The notes: generated from the sequence alone by a model not told the origin. Shown: positions 22,611-31,754, numbered from the stretch's first letter. The stretch is 64,000 bases of DNA from Acidimicrobiia bacterium (GCA_036396535.1 DASWKR010000058.1:5411-69410), one strand, 5' to 3'. Made by a program: numbers and translations.

Positions 22611-23471
22611 GTGGAACCGTTGGAGCTCGCCGACAGACTCGCAGGTGGTGGACGCGTCCAGGAGCTGACGAGCATCGACCGCGTCCTGGGAGTGAATCGA
22701 ATCTACCGGCTGTGGACCGATCAGGAGAGCCGGATCGTGAAGATCTACGGCACGCCTGCCCGGGAGCGCAGGGAACGGCACGCCTTGGATGCCCTCGGGC
22801 ACCTCGACGGTATGCCGACCGTGCTCGACCGGGGCGCCGAAGGCGACCTCCAATGGGTCATCTTCGAGGACGCCGGCCGGTGGAACATCGGGTCACTGCC
22901 CGAGAACATCGGCATCGCCAGGAGGGCGGGCGAGATCTTGGCGAGGATCCACGAGTCGGAGTCCGCTCCACTGTCGAACCTGTCACGGGGGATCGACCAG
23001 GAGTGGGTGACCGTCGACTTCATGTCGACGTTCCGCCGCCTCGAGCGTTACCGAGGCAAGATCGGGATCACCATGGACCTCATCGAGCAGGCGCGCCGGG
23101 TGCGCCCGCCGTACGCCTCCGAACCGCGGGTGGCGCACACGAACGCCGTGCCCGAGAACTTCCTGGTGGACGACGACGGCAACGTGACGCTCATCAACTG
23201 GGAGTGGGCCACTCTGGCGCCCCCGGAGTGGGACCTGTCGAAAGCCATGTGGCTCTCGGGCCTCAAGTCGGGGCAGACTGCGTCGCGTGGCCTCCAGGAG
23301 GGCTACGGGCGGGCGCTCGAGCCGGAGCAGCTCGACCGGTGGACGGTCTATCACGCCGGCATGATGCTCGTGTTCGAAGCCGAGAACACGATGCGCACCG
23401 ACCTCGACGAGTTCGACTACCTGCTCGCCGAGCTGCAGCGGGCCGTCACCGCGGCGGCCAGCGCAGACTGA
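22611..23471 (+). CDS. APH/choline-kinase-fold phosphotransferase-like protein, predicted catalytically inactive
   Basis: The product starts at GTG 22611 with GAGAGGG upstream. It has a beta3 lysine (RIVKIY), and its catalytic-loop position reads HTNAVPEN instead of HGDxxxxN. Its metal-binding position reads LINWEW instead of IDWEW, so both conserved Asp positions are Asn. Confidence 0.75.
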   Translation: MEPLELADRLAGGGRVQELTSIDRVLGVNRIYRLWTDQESRIVKIYGTPARERRERHALDALGHLDGMPTVLDRGAEGDLQWVIFEDAGRWNIGSLPENIGIARRAGEILARIHESESAPLSNLSRGIDQEWVTVDFMSTFRRLERYRGKIGITMDLIEQARRVRPPYASEPRVAHTNAVPENFLVDDDGNVTLINWEWATLAPPEWDLSKAMWLSGLKSGQTASRGLQEGYGRALEPEQLDRWTVYHAGMMLVFEAENTMRTDLDEFDYLLAELQRAVTAAASAD

Positions 23472-23560
23472 GCATCCGCGCCTGTGGGCGGCTCGGAAAT
23501 CCGCGAAAACCCAGCTTGTCGTCCCTACCCTCGGGACTCCGGACGAGCAACGGAGTGGAG

Positions 23561-23758
23561 ATGGTCGAGGTTCTCCTGGCTGGAGCGGTCATGACCGCAG
23601 GAGCGGTCGCGGTTGCCCGCCGCAGCTTGCCGAACGAGGTGTCGCGCAACACCTTCCACGGCGGCGCCGACGTGATCGATCTGCCGTGCCCGTGGTGCAA
23701 CGCGGCGACCCGCGAGGACGATCCTCGTTGCCCGAGCTGCGGGCAACGCTTCGGCTGA
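23561..23758 (+). CDS. small hypothetical protein: N-terminal hydrophobic helix plus C-terminal CxxC-x11-CxxC zinc ribbon
   Basis: The ATG at 23561 is preceded by GGAGTGGAG. The product is MVEVLLAGAVMTAGAVAVARRSLPNEVSRNTFHGGADVIDLPCPWCNAATREDDPRCPSCGQRFG. It forms the tail of a long antisense ORF, so coding status is uncertain. Confidence 0.4.
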   Translation: MVEVLLAGAVMTAGAVAVARRSLPNEVSRNTFHGGADVIDLPCPWCNAATREDDPRCPSCGQRFG

Positions 23759-23795
23759 TCGACGCGGCGGCAACTCTGCGGGGCAGGGCGCGCCG

Positions 23796-24722
23796 TCAAC
23801 CCCGCTCGTACATGCAGTTCGTGAACACCGCACGGAACCCGAGGTCCCTGTACAGCCACATGGCCGCCTCGTTTGCGCCGTCGACGTAGAGCATCCCGAC
23901 CTCGGCGCCCTGGCGGTCGTGGAGGTCCGCAAGGCCGGCGAGCACGAGCGCCCTCCCGAGCCCGCCTCCCCGCGCCTCCGGGTGCACGCCCACGATGTAG
24001 ATCTCACCGACTCCGTCGCCGTGCAGCTTCGTCCAACACGATCCTGCGAGGACGTCGCCGTCCCACGCCATCACGACACCTCGGGGATCGAACCATGGCT
24101 GGGCGGTTCGCAGCGCCAGGTCCGCCAGGTCGATCGACCCATTCTCCTCGTGCCCTGCGAACGCCGCGTTGTTCGTGGCCAACCACGCCTCCTCGTCGAT
24201 CCCGGGACGGAACGTCGATGGCGTGATGTGCGAAGGCCAGTCCGGACCGGCTCCGATCGGAAGTGGACGCTCCAAGCGGTGCAAGGTCCGCGTGGCCGTG
24301 AATCCGGCCGCTGCCAGTAGACGCTGGGCCTCGCTCGTCCACGCCCACACGACGTACCTGGCGCCGCCGGGAACCTGTGCCACTGCGACCTCGAGGGCCT
24401 CGTGGAAGAGCTCGGCCCCCGGGGCGACTGCGATCTCGATCGCCCAGTGCTCGGCGCCGTCCGACTGGCGGTGCGGTGCCGCCTGGACGTACGCCGCCAC
24501 TGCGTCCCCTGCGACGGCGACCGACCCCCTGGACCTGTCGGGCCTGTCGACACGCAGCAACTTGTACTCGGTCAAGGCCGGCAAACCGTCCCTCGCCTCG
24601 ACCGCCGCCAGCAGCACATCCAGAGCGGTTCGGTGCTGCACCGGCTGATAGGCCTCCCACTCCACCGGCGCAACGATAGGAGAGGCGCGGCGCCGCCGAG
24701 GCGGACGATGGCCCTCCGCCAA
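23796..24722 (-). CDS. mshD: mycothiol synthase MshD (tandem GNAT acetyltransferase)
   Basis: The product is about 300 aa with two GNAT halves. Its C-terminal half (NNAAFAGHEENGS...WFDP...WTKLHGDGVGEIYIVGVHPEARGGGLGRAL) closely parallels mycobacterial MshD (NNAAFAGHPEQGG...WFDP...WTKVH...GEVYVLGV). It starts at TTG 24722 with GGAGG 5 nt upstream; GTG 24665 is an alternative. Confidence 0.75.
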   Translation of the reverse strand: MAEGHRPPRRRRASPIVAPVEWEAYQPVQHRTALDVLLAAVEARDGLPALTEYKLLRVDRPDRSRGSVAVAGDAVAAYVQAAPHRQSDGAEHWAIEIAVAPGAELFHEALEVAVAQVPGGARYVVWAWTSEAQRLLAAAGFTATRTLHRLERPLPIGAGPDWPSHITPSTFRPGIDEEAWLATNNAAFAGHEENGSIDLADLALRTAQPWFDPRGVVMAWDGDVLAGSCWTKLHGDGVGEIYIVGVHPEARGGGLGRALVLAGLADLHDRQGAEVGMLYVDGANEAAMWLYRDLGFRAVFTNCMYERG

Positions 24723-24735
24723 GCGCGCCTCCGGC

Positions 24736-24804
24736 GCCCATCATGCGCGCCCCGGGCGCCCCATCACGCGCGCCCCGGGCGCCCCATCACGCGCGCCCCG
24801 GGCG
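24736..24804. repeat. 3 tandem direct repeats of a 23-bp unit (gccccatcacgcgcgccccgggc) in the mshD/patatin divergent intergenic region
   Basis: Read directly from the sequence: one imperfect copy (gcccatcatgcgcgccccgggc) is followed by two perfect copies. Confidence 0.6.
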
Positions 24805-24829
24805 CGACGCCAACGTACACTGAGCCCTC

Positions 24830-25786
24830 GTGAGCAAGGTAGGGCTGGTTCTCGGAGGCGGTGGGATCACCGGTGCCTCCTATCACTTCGGGGCGCTGCT
24901 CGCCATCGAGATGGCAACCGGATGGGATCCTGCCCACGCCGACGTCATCGTCGGTACCTCGTCGGGAGCGTTCACGGCTGCCATGCTGCGCGGCGGCCAG
25001 CTGACCCTCGACACGCTCATCGGGAATGCGGCGACTCGCCAGGAGGTCTCGGACCGCCTGAGAGGCTACGTCTACCGCAGGGGACGCCCGCGCGGCGTCA
25101 TCCGCTGGCTCCGCAAGGGCGTGCTCCCGAGCATGGTGCGACCCGACGTCGGGATCGTGCTCGGCTGCCCGGCGTTGTACACGACGGACGGCCTCGTCGA
25201 ATGGGTCGAGCACGCCTTGGGCGATCTCGCCGATGGCTGGCCGAGCGCTCCCACCGTCATCGTCGCCTACGACCTCGACGGACGAAAGCGAGTCCCCTTC
25301 GGCACCGAACGGGCCCCGGAGGTCCCGCTGAAGATCGCGGTTGCCGCCTCGGCGGCCGTGCCATTCATCTTCGAGCCGGTCCGCATCGATGGCCGTTGGT
25401 ACGCAGACGGCGGCATCGCCACCGGGACGAGCGCCGACTTGGTGCTCGCCAGCCAGGAGCCGCTCGACGTCGTCCTCGTGATCGCCCCGCTGGCCGCCCT
25501 CGAGCCGCGACCGCACGCCCGGTTCTACGAGGACGTCTTCGATCGGCTCGGAAGGACCGCGCTCGACGCCGAGCTCGAGAAGATCAGGACCGCCTGGCCG
25601 GACACGGACATCGTCGTGCTGCGACCGGATGAGCACGTCCTGTCGGCGGCCCGGCCCAATCCGATGTCACTGGACGCCGCCGTCCCGGCTTTCCTGAGGA
25701 CGCTGCGCTCGTTACGTGACCACCTCGGCTCAGCCGAAACTTGGGACGTGCTCAGCCGCCACCTGGTCCGAGATCGGGTGCGCTGA
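24830..25786 (+). CDS. patatin-like phospholipase
   Basis: The product has the oxyanion GGGGITG, the nucleophile elbow GTSSG and a DGG catalytic Asp (ADGGIA). It starts at GTG. Confidence 0.85.
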   Translation: MSKVGLVLGGGGITGASYHFGALLAIEMATGWDPAHADVIVGTSSGAFTAAMLRGGQLTLDTLIGNAATRQEVSDRLRGYVYRRGRPRGVIRWLRKGVLPSMVRPDVGIVLGCPALYTTDGLVEWVEHALGDLADGWPSAPTVIVAYDLDGRKRVPFGTERAPEVPLKIAVAASAAVPFIFEPVRIDGRWYADGGIATGTSADLVLASQEPLDVVLVIAPLAALEPRPHARFYEDVFDRLGRTALDAELEKIRTAWPDTDIVVLRPDEHVLSAARPNPMSLDAAVPAFLRTLRSLRDHLGSAETWDVLSRHLVRDRVR

Positions 25787-25788
25787 GC

Positions 25789-26475
25789 CTACGCGGGCAC
25801 CTTGACCGAGCGGAGTTGGTCGAGGAGCAGGTCGACGGCCTGCCCCATGTCGATGCCTCGCGGCATCCTCGCTCCCCCGCCGAGCCTGACCGTATGCCGG
25901 TCTTCGTCGAGCTCCACGATGGCGTCGGCCTCCACCGTGGCGGCGGTGTCGATCACGGAGTCGGGGTCGGCAAGCATGTCGCGCAGCCTGACTCCTCCTG
26001 CGTCGACTGGAGCCTGGGCGAGGTCGCCCTGGGCCATCGTGCGCAGCACGTCCTCGGTCTGCCGCACGACGCCACGCAGATGCTCAGCCCTCCGCTGTAT
26101 CCGGGTGTACTCGTCGCGGGCCGAGTCGAGGAACTCCTCGGCGTCGTTGCGCGACTGGTCGAGTAGCTGCAGCGCCTCGCGCCTGGCACGGCCGACGATC
26201 AACTCGGCCTCTTCCCGAGCCTTCGAGACCGCCTCGTTCCTGGAGCGCGACGCCGTGAGGACCGCCTCCTCGAGGCGATCACCGGAGCTGCGGAACTCCT
26301 CGAGCTCCTTCTCGACGCGACTGAGCCGTGCCCTCGCCTCCATGAGCGAGCGGTGCTGGTCGGCGATGACGAACGAGACCTCGTTCAGGTAGGCGTGGAC
26401 GGCCTCAGGGTCGTAACCGCCCTTCTTCATGACGTCGAAGCGCTTGCGCCTGATGTCGGAAGGGGTCACGTCCAC
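25789..26475 (-). CDS. DivIVA domain-containing protein
   Basis: VTPSDIRRKRFDVMKKGGYDPEAVHAYLNEV is a canonical DivIVA N-terminal domain, followed by coiled-coil-like sequence. GTG 26475 is preceded by AGGAGAG. The track's 23-aa Arg-rich extension was rejected. Confidence 0.7.
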   Translation of the reverse strand: MDVTPSDIRRKRFDVMKKGGYDPEAVHAYLNEVSFVIADQHRSLMEARARLSRVEKELEEFRSSGDRLEEAVLTASRSRNEAVSKAREEAELIVGRARREALQLLDQSRNDAEEFLDSARDEYTRIQRRAEHLRGVVRQTEDVLRTMAQGDLAQAPVDAGGVRLRDMLADPDSVIDTAATVEADAIVELDEDRHTVRLGGGARMPRGIDMGQAVDLLLDQLRSVKVPA

Positions 26476-26777
26476 GCCTGCTCTCCTGTCGTCGGAGGCG
26501 GCGAGCACGCCGCCGCTCGGTCTTCGTCGCCTTCCCGGCCTCAAACAGCGCCCTACCGACTGAGCGTCAGTGTATGGCTACTTTGCGTGGCACGTCAATA
26601 GTCACCGAAACATAGTTGACCGCGAGTGAACCCTGGTGAGGAAGTCCGATAGACCAAATTGGGTCGGCCGACCCGTTGCCGGATCGTCGATTCTGCCGAT
26701 ACCTTCGAGATGCGGCACCAGCCGCCGACAAGCAACCGTTGTGGGCTCCCGTTGCCCACAGTGAGGGAACAGGCCAG

Positions 26778-26963
26778 ATGAACCTCGCAACTCGACTCTT
26801 CAGCACTCTGCAGGCCCGGATGCGGGCTGAGGACGGGGCGAGCCTCGTCGAATACGCATTCCTCGTTGCCCTGATCGCCATCGTCGCGGTGGTCGCCGTG
26901 GCCTTCTTCGGCCAGCGACTCTCCAACTCCTACAACTCGATCGCGACCGCGCCGGGCTGGTAG
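26778..26963 (+). CDS. flp: Flp family type IVb pilin
   Basis: ATG 26778 is preceded by GAGGGAAC. The product MNLATRLFSTLQARMRAEDGASLVEYAFLVALIAIVAVVAVAFFGQ... has the Flp motif (G/ASLVEYALL plus a hydrophobic stretch). The track ORF starts 34 codons upstream in a GC-poor leader. Confidence 0.7.
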   Translation: MNLATRLFSTLQARMRAEDGASLVEYAFLVALIAIVAVVAVAFFGQRLSNSYNSIATAPGW

Positions 26964-27000
26964 GAGATCGCCGGCGAGAGGGCCCCCGCCCCGCTCGGCT

Positions 27001-28362
27001 CTATGTGACGACGGGCACCTTCGCCATCGCCTCGACCACCCTCGCCTCCGGGTAGTCGTAGTCCACGAGCTCCCCACCCAGATAGGCCTCGTACGCCGCC
27101 AGGTCGAAATGGCCGTGGCCGCACATGGCCGTCAGGATGACGGTCTCCTCCCCGGATTCCCGTGCCCGCTCGGCCTCGCGAATGGCAGCCGCGATCGCAT
27201 GGGACGGCTCCGGGGCAGGCAGGATGCCCTCCGTCCTGGCGAATCGAACGGCGGCGTCGAAACACTCGTTCTGGTGGATGGCCTCAGCCTCGACGAGGCC
27301 GAGCTCGTACAGATGCGAGACGAGGGGGGCCATCCCGTGATAGCGGAGTCCACCGGCGTGGATCGGATCCGGGATGAAATCGTGTCCGAGGGTGTGCATC
27401 TTCACGAGCGGCGTCATCCCCATCGTGTCGCCGAAGTCGTACCGGTACTCGCCCCTCGTCAGAGAGGGGCAGGCGGCCGGCTCGACGCAGCGGATCGTCG
27501 GGGCGATGTTGCCGGCGAGCTTCTCGCGCAAGAACGGGAAGGACAGCCCCGCGAAGTTCGACCCGCCACCGGTGCATCCGACGAGAACGTCCGGCGTATC
27601 GCCCACCTTTGCGAACTGCAGCAAGGCCTCCTCGCCGATGATCGTCTGGTGCATGAGCACATGGTTGAGGACGCTGCCGAGGGAATATTTCGTGCCCTCG
27701 CCCATCACCGCCGCCTCGACGGCCTCGCTGATAGCGATACCGAGGCTCCCGGGCGATTCCGGGTCCAGCGCTCTGATCTTGCGGCCGGCCTCGGTGACGT
27801 CCGAGGGGCTCGAGTGAACGGTGGCGCCCCAGACCTCCATCATCGTCTTGCGGTACGGCTTCTGCTGGTACGAGGCGGCAACCTGCCAGACCTCGCACTC
27901 GAGGCCGAACAGGGCGCAGGCGAAGGCGAGGGCGCTCCCCCACTGGCCCGCCCCGGTCTCGGTGGTGAGCTTGCGCACCCCTTCGCGAGCGTTGTAGAAC
28001 GCCTGCGGCACCGCCGTGTTGGGCTTGTGCGATCCGGCAGGGCTCACACCCTCGTACTTGTAGTAGATGCGCGCCGGGGTATCGAGGGCCCGCTCCAGAC
28101 GGTGGGCGCGGTACAGAGGCGAGGGCCTCCACAGCCTGTACACATCGAGCACCTCGCCCGGGATGTCGACGAAGCGGTCCGGGCTCACCTCCTGGAGGAT
28201 GAGCGCCATCGGGAAGAGTGGAGCGAGGTCATCAGGGCCAACCGGCTGCAGCGTTCCCGGGTGCAGCACAGGAGGCGGCGGCGCCGGCAGGTCCGGCACG
28301 ATGTTGTACCACTGCGTCGGCATCTCACTCTCGTCGAGCAGGATCTTCGTGCGCTCGGTCAT
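27001..28362 (-). CDS. TrpB-like PLP-dependent enzyme (tryptophan synthase beta chain paralogue, TrpB2 type)
   Basis: The product is 453 aa, which is TrpB2-length rather than TrpB1. It has the PLP lysine context (GSHKPNTA) and a GGGSN-type glycine loop ([11 protein letters not shown]). ATG 28362 is preceded by GGAGGG. Confidence 0.85.
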   Translation of the reverse strand: MTERTKILLDESEMPTQWYNIVPDLPAPPPPVLHPGTLQPVGPDDLAPLFPMALILQEVSPDRFVDIPGEVLDVYRLWRPSPLYRAHRLERALDTPARIYYKYEGVSPAGSHKPNTAVPQAFYNAREGVRKLTTETGAGQWGSALAFACALFGLECEVWQVAASYQQKPYRKTMMEVWGATVHSSPSDVTEAGRKIRALDPESPGSLGIAISEAVEAAVMGEGTKYSLGSVLNHVLMHQTIIGEEALLQFAKVGDTPDVLVGCTGGGSNFAGLSFPFLREKLAGNIAPTIRCVEPAACPSLTRGEYRYDFGDTMGMTPLVKMHTLGHDFIPDPIHAGGLRYHGMAPLVSHLYELGLVEAEAIHQNECFDAAVRFARTEGILPAPEPSHAIAAAIREAERARESGEETVILTAMCGHGHFDLAAYEAYLGGELVDYDYPEARVVEAMAKVPVVT

Positions 28363-28456
28363 CGGGTGCCCTCCAAGCGGATGCGGGAGGCCAGACTACG
28401 GGAGGGCACCGTCCTCCCGCCACGTGCCGGACCGGGATCCACGCCGACGGAGACGC

Positions 28457-29545
28457 TCAGGCGGGCGGCTCGGCCCGGCGCGAGATCGTATACGCCTCGT
28501 CGAAGAACCAGACGCCGCGATACTTGTCGATCACATTCCTCGTCGCCTCGATGTAGCGCCCGCTGGACACCGCCTCTCCGAGGCGCACCTCGTCGATCTG
28601 GGCCACGTATGCGGCTGCGTTCCAAGCAGCGAGGATCGAGCTCGTCCCGATGTGCTCCTCTGCCTCCGAAGGCATCGCATGGAGGTCGTACCGGAACACC
28701 GCTTCCTCGTCTGTCGAGTCGTGGAACTCGTAGCCGGCTGCCTCGCTGCCGAGCAGCCGGCGAGCCGCTCCGATGATCTCCTTGCGCCCGTTGTCGAACG
28801 GGTTCTCGTCGGGCCACACGCCCCTGATGATCTCGAGGCCCGGATCGTGGCCGTATGCGTGCACCGTCACCAGCCGGCCCCCCGGTGCGAGGGCGCTCAC
28901 CATCGGCACGACGACGAGGCGCGCCTTGCGGTCTGGGGGTGTGCGCGCCCGGTATGGATGCGAGGCGATGACGAGGTCGTAGCCATCCTCGGTTCGATCC
29001 GGCCTCGGGATCAGCGGGTCGAGGATGAACTGCCTGTCCCGGCGGTGCAGGACGACGACGGTCGGCTGCATGTACTTCGGATTCCCCGACGCCCTGTCCG
29101 TCTCGACCTTCCAGTCGGCTGCCAACGTGGGATACAACGCCCTGATCTGACCGGCGAAGTCGTGGGTCGTCCCACCCTCGAGTGGAACGTGCCGCCACGT
29201 CACGGGGCGGCCCTGGTTCTCGCCCCGCGGCGTGAAGGACGGGGCTTCGCCGTAGTTCATGTTCGTGACCACGAACACCATCTCAGGGTGCTCGTAGAGG
29301 CGGTCGGGCAGGCGTTCGAGTGCCTGGCGAACGTCCTCGATGCTGATCTCCTTGCCGACGACGAGCCAAGGGATGTGGGTGAACTGCCGGTGCATGCCGC
29401 GCATCACGTACGAGAGGACGGAGGCGTCGCCCATGCCGGCGTCGAGGACCCGCAGGCCGTGGCGCCCAGGGCCGATGTGGTCGAGCTCTTCGCCAACCCG
29501 CGCCGCCACCGTCGCCTTCTCCGTCGTCGTCGTGACGAACATCAT
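28457..29545 (-). CDS. putative class I SAM-dependent methyltransferase
   Basis: Motif I is GLRVLDAGMGDASVL, an acidic residue follows beta2 (VVGKEIS), and motif III is LAPGGRLVTVHA. The start at ATG 29545 (MMFVTTTT) was chosen because the track start at 29680 would sit 18 bp from the divergent acyltransferase start. The start remains uncertain. Confidence 0.55.
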   Translation of the reverse strand: MMFVTTTTEKATVAARVGEELDHIGPGRHGLRVLDAGMGDASVLSYVMRGMHRQFTHIPWLVVGKEISIEDVRQALERLPDRLYEHPEMVFVVTNMNYGEAPSFTPRGENQGRPVTWRHVPLEGGTTHDFAGQIRALYPTLAADWKVETDRASGNPKYMQPTVVVLHRRDRQFILDPLIPRPDRTEDGYDLVIASHPYRARTPPDRKARLVVVPMVSALAPGGRLVTVHAYGHDPGLEIIRGVWPDENPFDNGRKEIIGAARRLLGSEAAGYEFHDSTDEEAVFRYDLHAMPSEAEEHIGTSSILAAWNAAAYVAQIDEVRLGEAVSSGRYIEATRNVIDKYRGVWFFDEAYTISRRAEPPA

Positions 29546-29697
29546 GTAGGCCGCTCGGCTGTCGAAGAACCGGGTCGCGGCGCGGCGCAGGCCGCTCTTG
29601 CCGTCCGAGGTCACACGGCCAACGTAACACGAGTCGTTGTGCGAAAGGCGTGTCGTGACCAACCTGGCGGCGACGACCACCAGGAGGCTGCATCTCC

Positions 29698-30807
29698 GTG
29701 ACGAGCGAAACGACGATCCGGGCGACCGGGCGCGACGCTTACGTCGACTTCCTGCGCGCCTTCTCGCTCGTCATCGTCGTCGTGTGGCATTGGGTATTCA
29801 CGATCCTCGAGGTGTCTCCGACGACCGTGTCGCCTTCGAACCCGATCGGCTTCACGCGTGGGATGTGGGCGGCCACCTGGGTCTTGCAGGTGATGCCCGT
29901 CTTCTTCTTCGTCGGCGGCTTCACCCACCGTCTGGCTTTCGACCACTACACGCCGGGGACGTCGCGGCGATTCCTGAAGCGGCGGATCCAGCGCCTCCTG
30001 GCACCGGCCCTCGGGCTCGTCGCCGTCTGGATCGGCGTCGGCTTCCTGCTCCGGATGTTGGTCGGGGGCCAGTGGATCTGGCCGGCCGTGATCCTCGTGC
30101 TCTCCCCGCTGTGGTTCCTGGTGGTGTACCTCGTGCTCGTGGCGATCGCCCCGGTGGCGGTTCGAGCCCACTGGCGGTGGGGTGAGCTGGTGATCGTCTG
30201 GCTCATCGGGCTCGCTGCCGTGCTGGACGTGCTCCGCTTCGCCCACGAGCAGGGGTGGGCGGCGTGGGTCAACTTCATCGTGATCTGGGGCCTCGCCCAC
30301 CAGCTCGGGTTCTTCTACGACAAGCTCGCCGCGGCCCCGCGCCGGGTCGGCTGGATGTTCGCCTGGTCGGGGTTCTTCGCGCTGGTTGCGCTGACGAACA
30401 TGGGTTTCTACCCCCGCTCGGTGGTGGGCGTGCCCGGGGAGCGCTTCTCGAACATGGGACCACCCACGCTGGCGATCGTCGCCTTGATCCTCCTCCAGGT
30501 CGGACTGGTGCTGCTGCTTCGAGAGTGGGTGCTCGGGCGGCTGGCCACGAGCGCCGCCTGGCAGCGGACCGCAGCCTGGGTGAATGCGAACGCCCTCGCC
30601 CTCTACCTCTTCCACACGACGGCGATGGCCGCCGTGGTGGCAGTCGCCTTCGTGGCCTTCGGGTACCGGCCGCCTTCGCAGCCGACCGCACATTGGTGGC
30701 TCACGAGGCCGTTGTGGCTGATCGGGCCGGCGCTGGCGACGCTCCCCTTCCTGGCTCTCTACGGGAAGCTCGGCTCCCGCCAAGGCGCCTCCGAGCGGCT
30801 CGAGTAG
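29698..30807 (+). CDS. acyltransferase family 3 (OafA-like membrane O-acyltransferase)
   Basis: This 369 aa polytopic membrane protein starts at GTG. DFLRAFSLVIVVVWH is the family-typical N-terminal motif. Confidence 0.8.
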   Translation: MTSETTIRATGRDAYVDFLRAFSLVIVVVWHWVFTILEVSPTTVSPSNPIGFTRGMWAATWVLQVMPVFFFVGGFTHRLAFDHYTPGTSRRFLKRRIQRLLAPALGLVAVWIGVGFLLRMLVGGQWIWPAVILVLSPLWFLVVYLVLVAIAPVAVRAHWRWGELVIVWLIGLAAVLDVLRFAHEQGWAAWVNFIVIWGLAHQLGFFYDKLAAAPRRVGWMFAWSGFFALVALTNMGFYPRSVVGVPGERFSNMGPPTLAIVALILLQVGLVLLLREWVLGRLATSAAWQRTAAWVNANALALYLFHTTAMAAVVAVAFVAFGYRPPSQPTAHWWLTRPLWLIGPALATLPFLALYGKLGSRQGASERLE

Positions 30808-30823
30808 GTTCGGGGAGTGGGTT

Positions 30824-30847
30824 CGCCGCCATGCCGGACCGGCGGCG
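30824..30847. terminator. GC-rich hairpin (7-bp stem cgccgcc/ggcggcg, 10-nt loop) between convergent genes; possible bidirectional terminator
   Basis: The inverted repeat was read directly. No clear U-tract is present. Confidence 0.35.
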
Positions 30848-30851
30848 CCAA

Positions 30852-31754
30852 CTAGCCGAGCTTGGCTCCCAGCCAGTCGATGACGTGGCCGACGGCCTGG
30901 TGCTGCACGACGTCGACCTCGTACGCTCCGTCCGGTCCCCGCATCGGGAACACGTAGCCGTGGAGCGGATGGTCGTACGACACCCACTCGACGTCCTTGC
31001 CCGCCTCGGCGAGTAGCTCGTAGCTCGTGCGGAAGATGCCTTGCAGGTGGTCTTCCTCCCGGCCCATGACGAGGATCGGAGTGTCGATGGTGGCGATCCG
31101 CTTGGCGGCGATATCCATGTCGATCCTTCGCCTGACCTTGTCGACCTCTGCCATCTGCATGTCCTCGATGTTCCGCAGGCGTGTCTCCTGGTTCACGAAC
31201 GCCGTGTCGTCCGGGGTGAGGGCGAGGAACTCATGGGCGGCGGGCTCGGAAGCGACCGCGGCCCGCACGCCGTCGTACTCCGAGGTGATCTTCAGCACCA
31301 TCTCCCCTCCGTGGCTCATGCCGATGAGCCCGACCCTGTCTGCGTCGATCTCTCGAAGCGACTTGAGGTGATCGACGATGGCGATCTCGTCCTCGTACTC
31401 GAGCGGTGAGCGGTTGAACAGGCCTCTCCCCTGCCGCATGTCGCGCACCAGAGGGCCTCCGTTGTGGTAGCCGAGCTCGACCTCCGTCCGGTAGCGGATC
31501 CAGGCGCACGCCATACCGGCCTCGAGGAGGCGCTCCATGATCCATCCGCGGTTGGCGACGGCGTCGCGAATCCACGCCATCCCGCCGCCTCCGTTGCCGG
31601 ACGCCAGCACGACGACAGGATGCGGGCCACCCTCGGCGGGGACCCGAAGCCCGATCGGTGCGTACAGCCCGTCCCATACCTCGACGTAGGCGAGTCGCAC
31701 AGGGACGTCCGAGCCTGCGACAGGCTCGGTGACGGTCACATTCGCCGCGTCCAT
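30852..31754 (-). CDS. alpha/beta hydrolase (dienelactone hydrolase / prolyl-oligopeptidase-like)
   Basis: The nucleophile elbow is GMSHGG, and Asp/His lie downstream (DHPLHGY). ATG 31754 has a strong GAGAGAGGAGG Shine-Dalgarno sequence. Confidence 0.8.
   Translation of the reverse strand: MDAANVTVTEPVAGSDVPVRLAYVEVWDGLYAPIGLRVPAEGGPHPVVVLASGNGGGGMAWIRDAVANRGWIMERLLEAGMACAWIRYRTEVELGYHNGGPLVRDMRQGRGLFNRSPLEYEDEIAIVDHLKSLREIDADRVGLIGMSHGGEMVLKITSEYDGVRAAVASEPAAHEFLALTPDDTAFVNQETRLRNIEDMQMAEVDKVRRRIDMDIAAKRIATIDTPILVMGREEDHLQGIFRTSYELLAEAGKDVEWVSYDHPLHGYVFPMRGPDGAYEVDVVQHQAVGHVIDWLGAKLG

Noticed and set aside
20642-23758. 1038-aa plus-strand ORF
   Set aside because: It is antisense to thrS and out of frame through the APH-like gene, with the same Arg/Asp/Gly-rich junk composition. 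Only its last 65 codons (23561-23758) were kept as a low-confidence zinc-ribbon ORF.
23525-24744. Multiple overlapping 100-300-aa ORFs on both strands around mshD
   Set aside because: They are Arg/Pro/Gly-rich, mutually exclusive with the well-supported mshD frame, and lack start-site support.
26540-26640. TGGCAC-containing segment in the flp leader as a sigma-54 promoter
   Set aside because: The downstream TTGC element is missing at the correct spacing, and actinobacteria lack RpoN.
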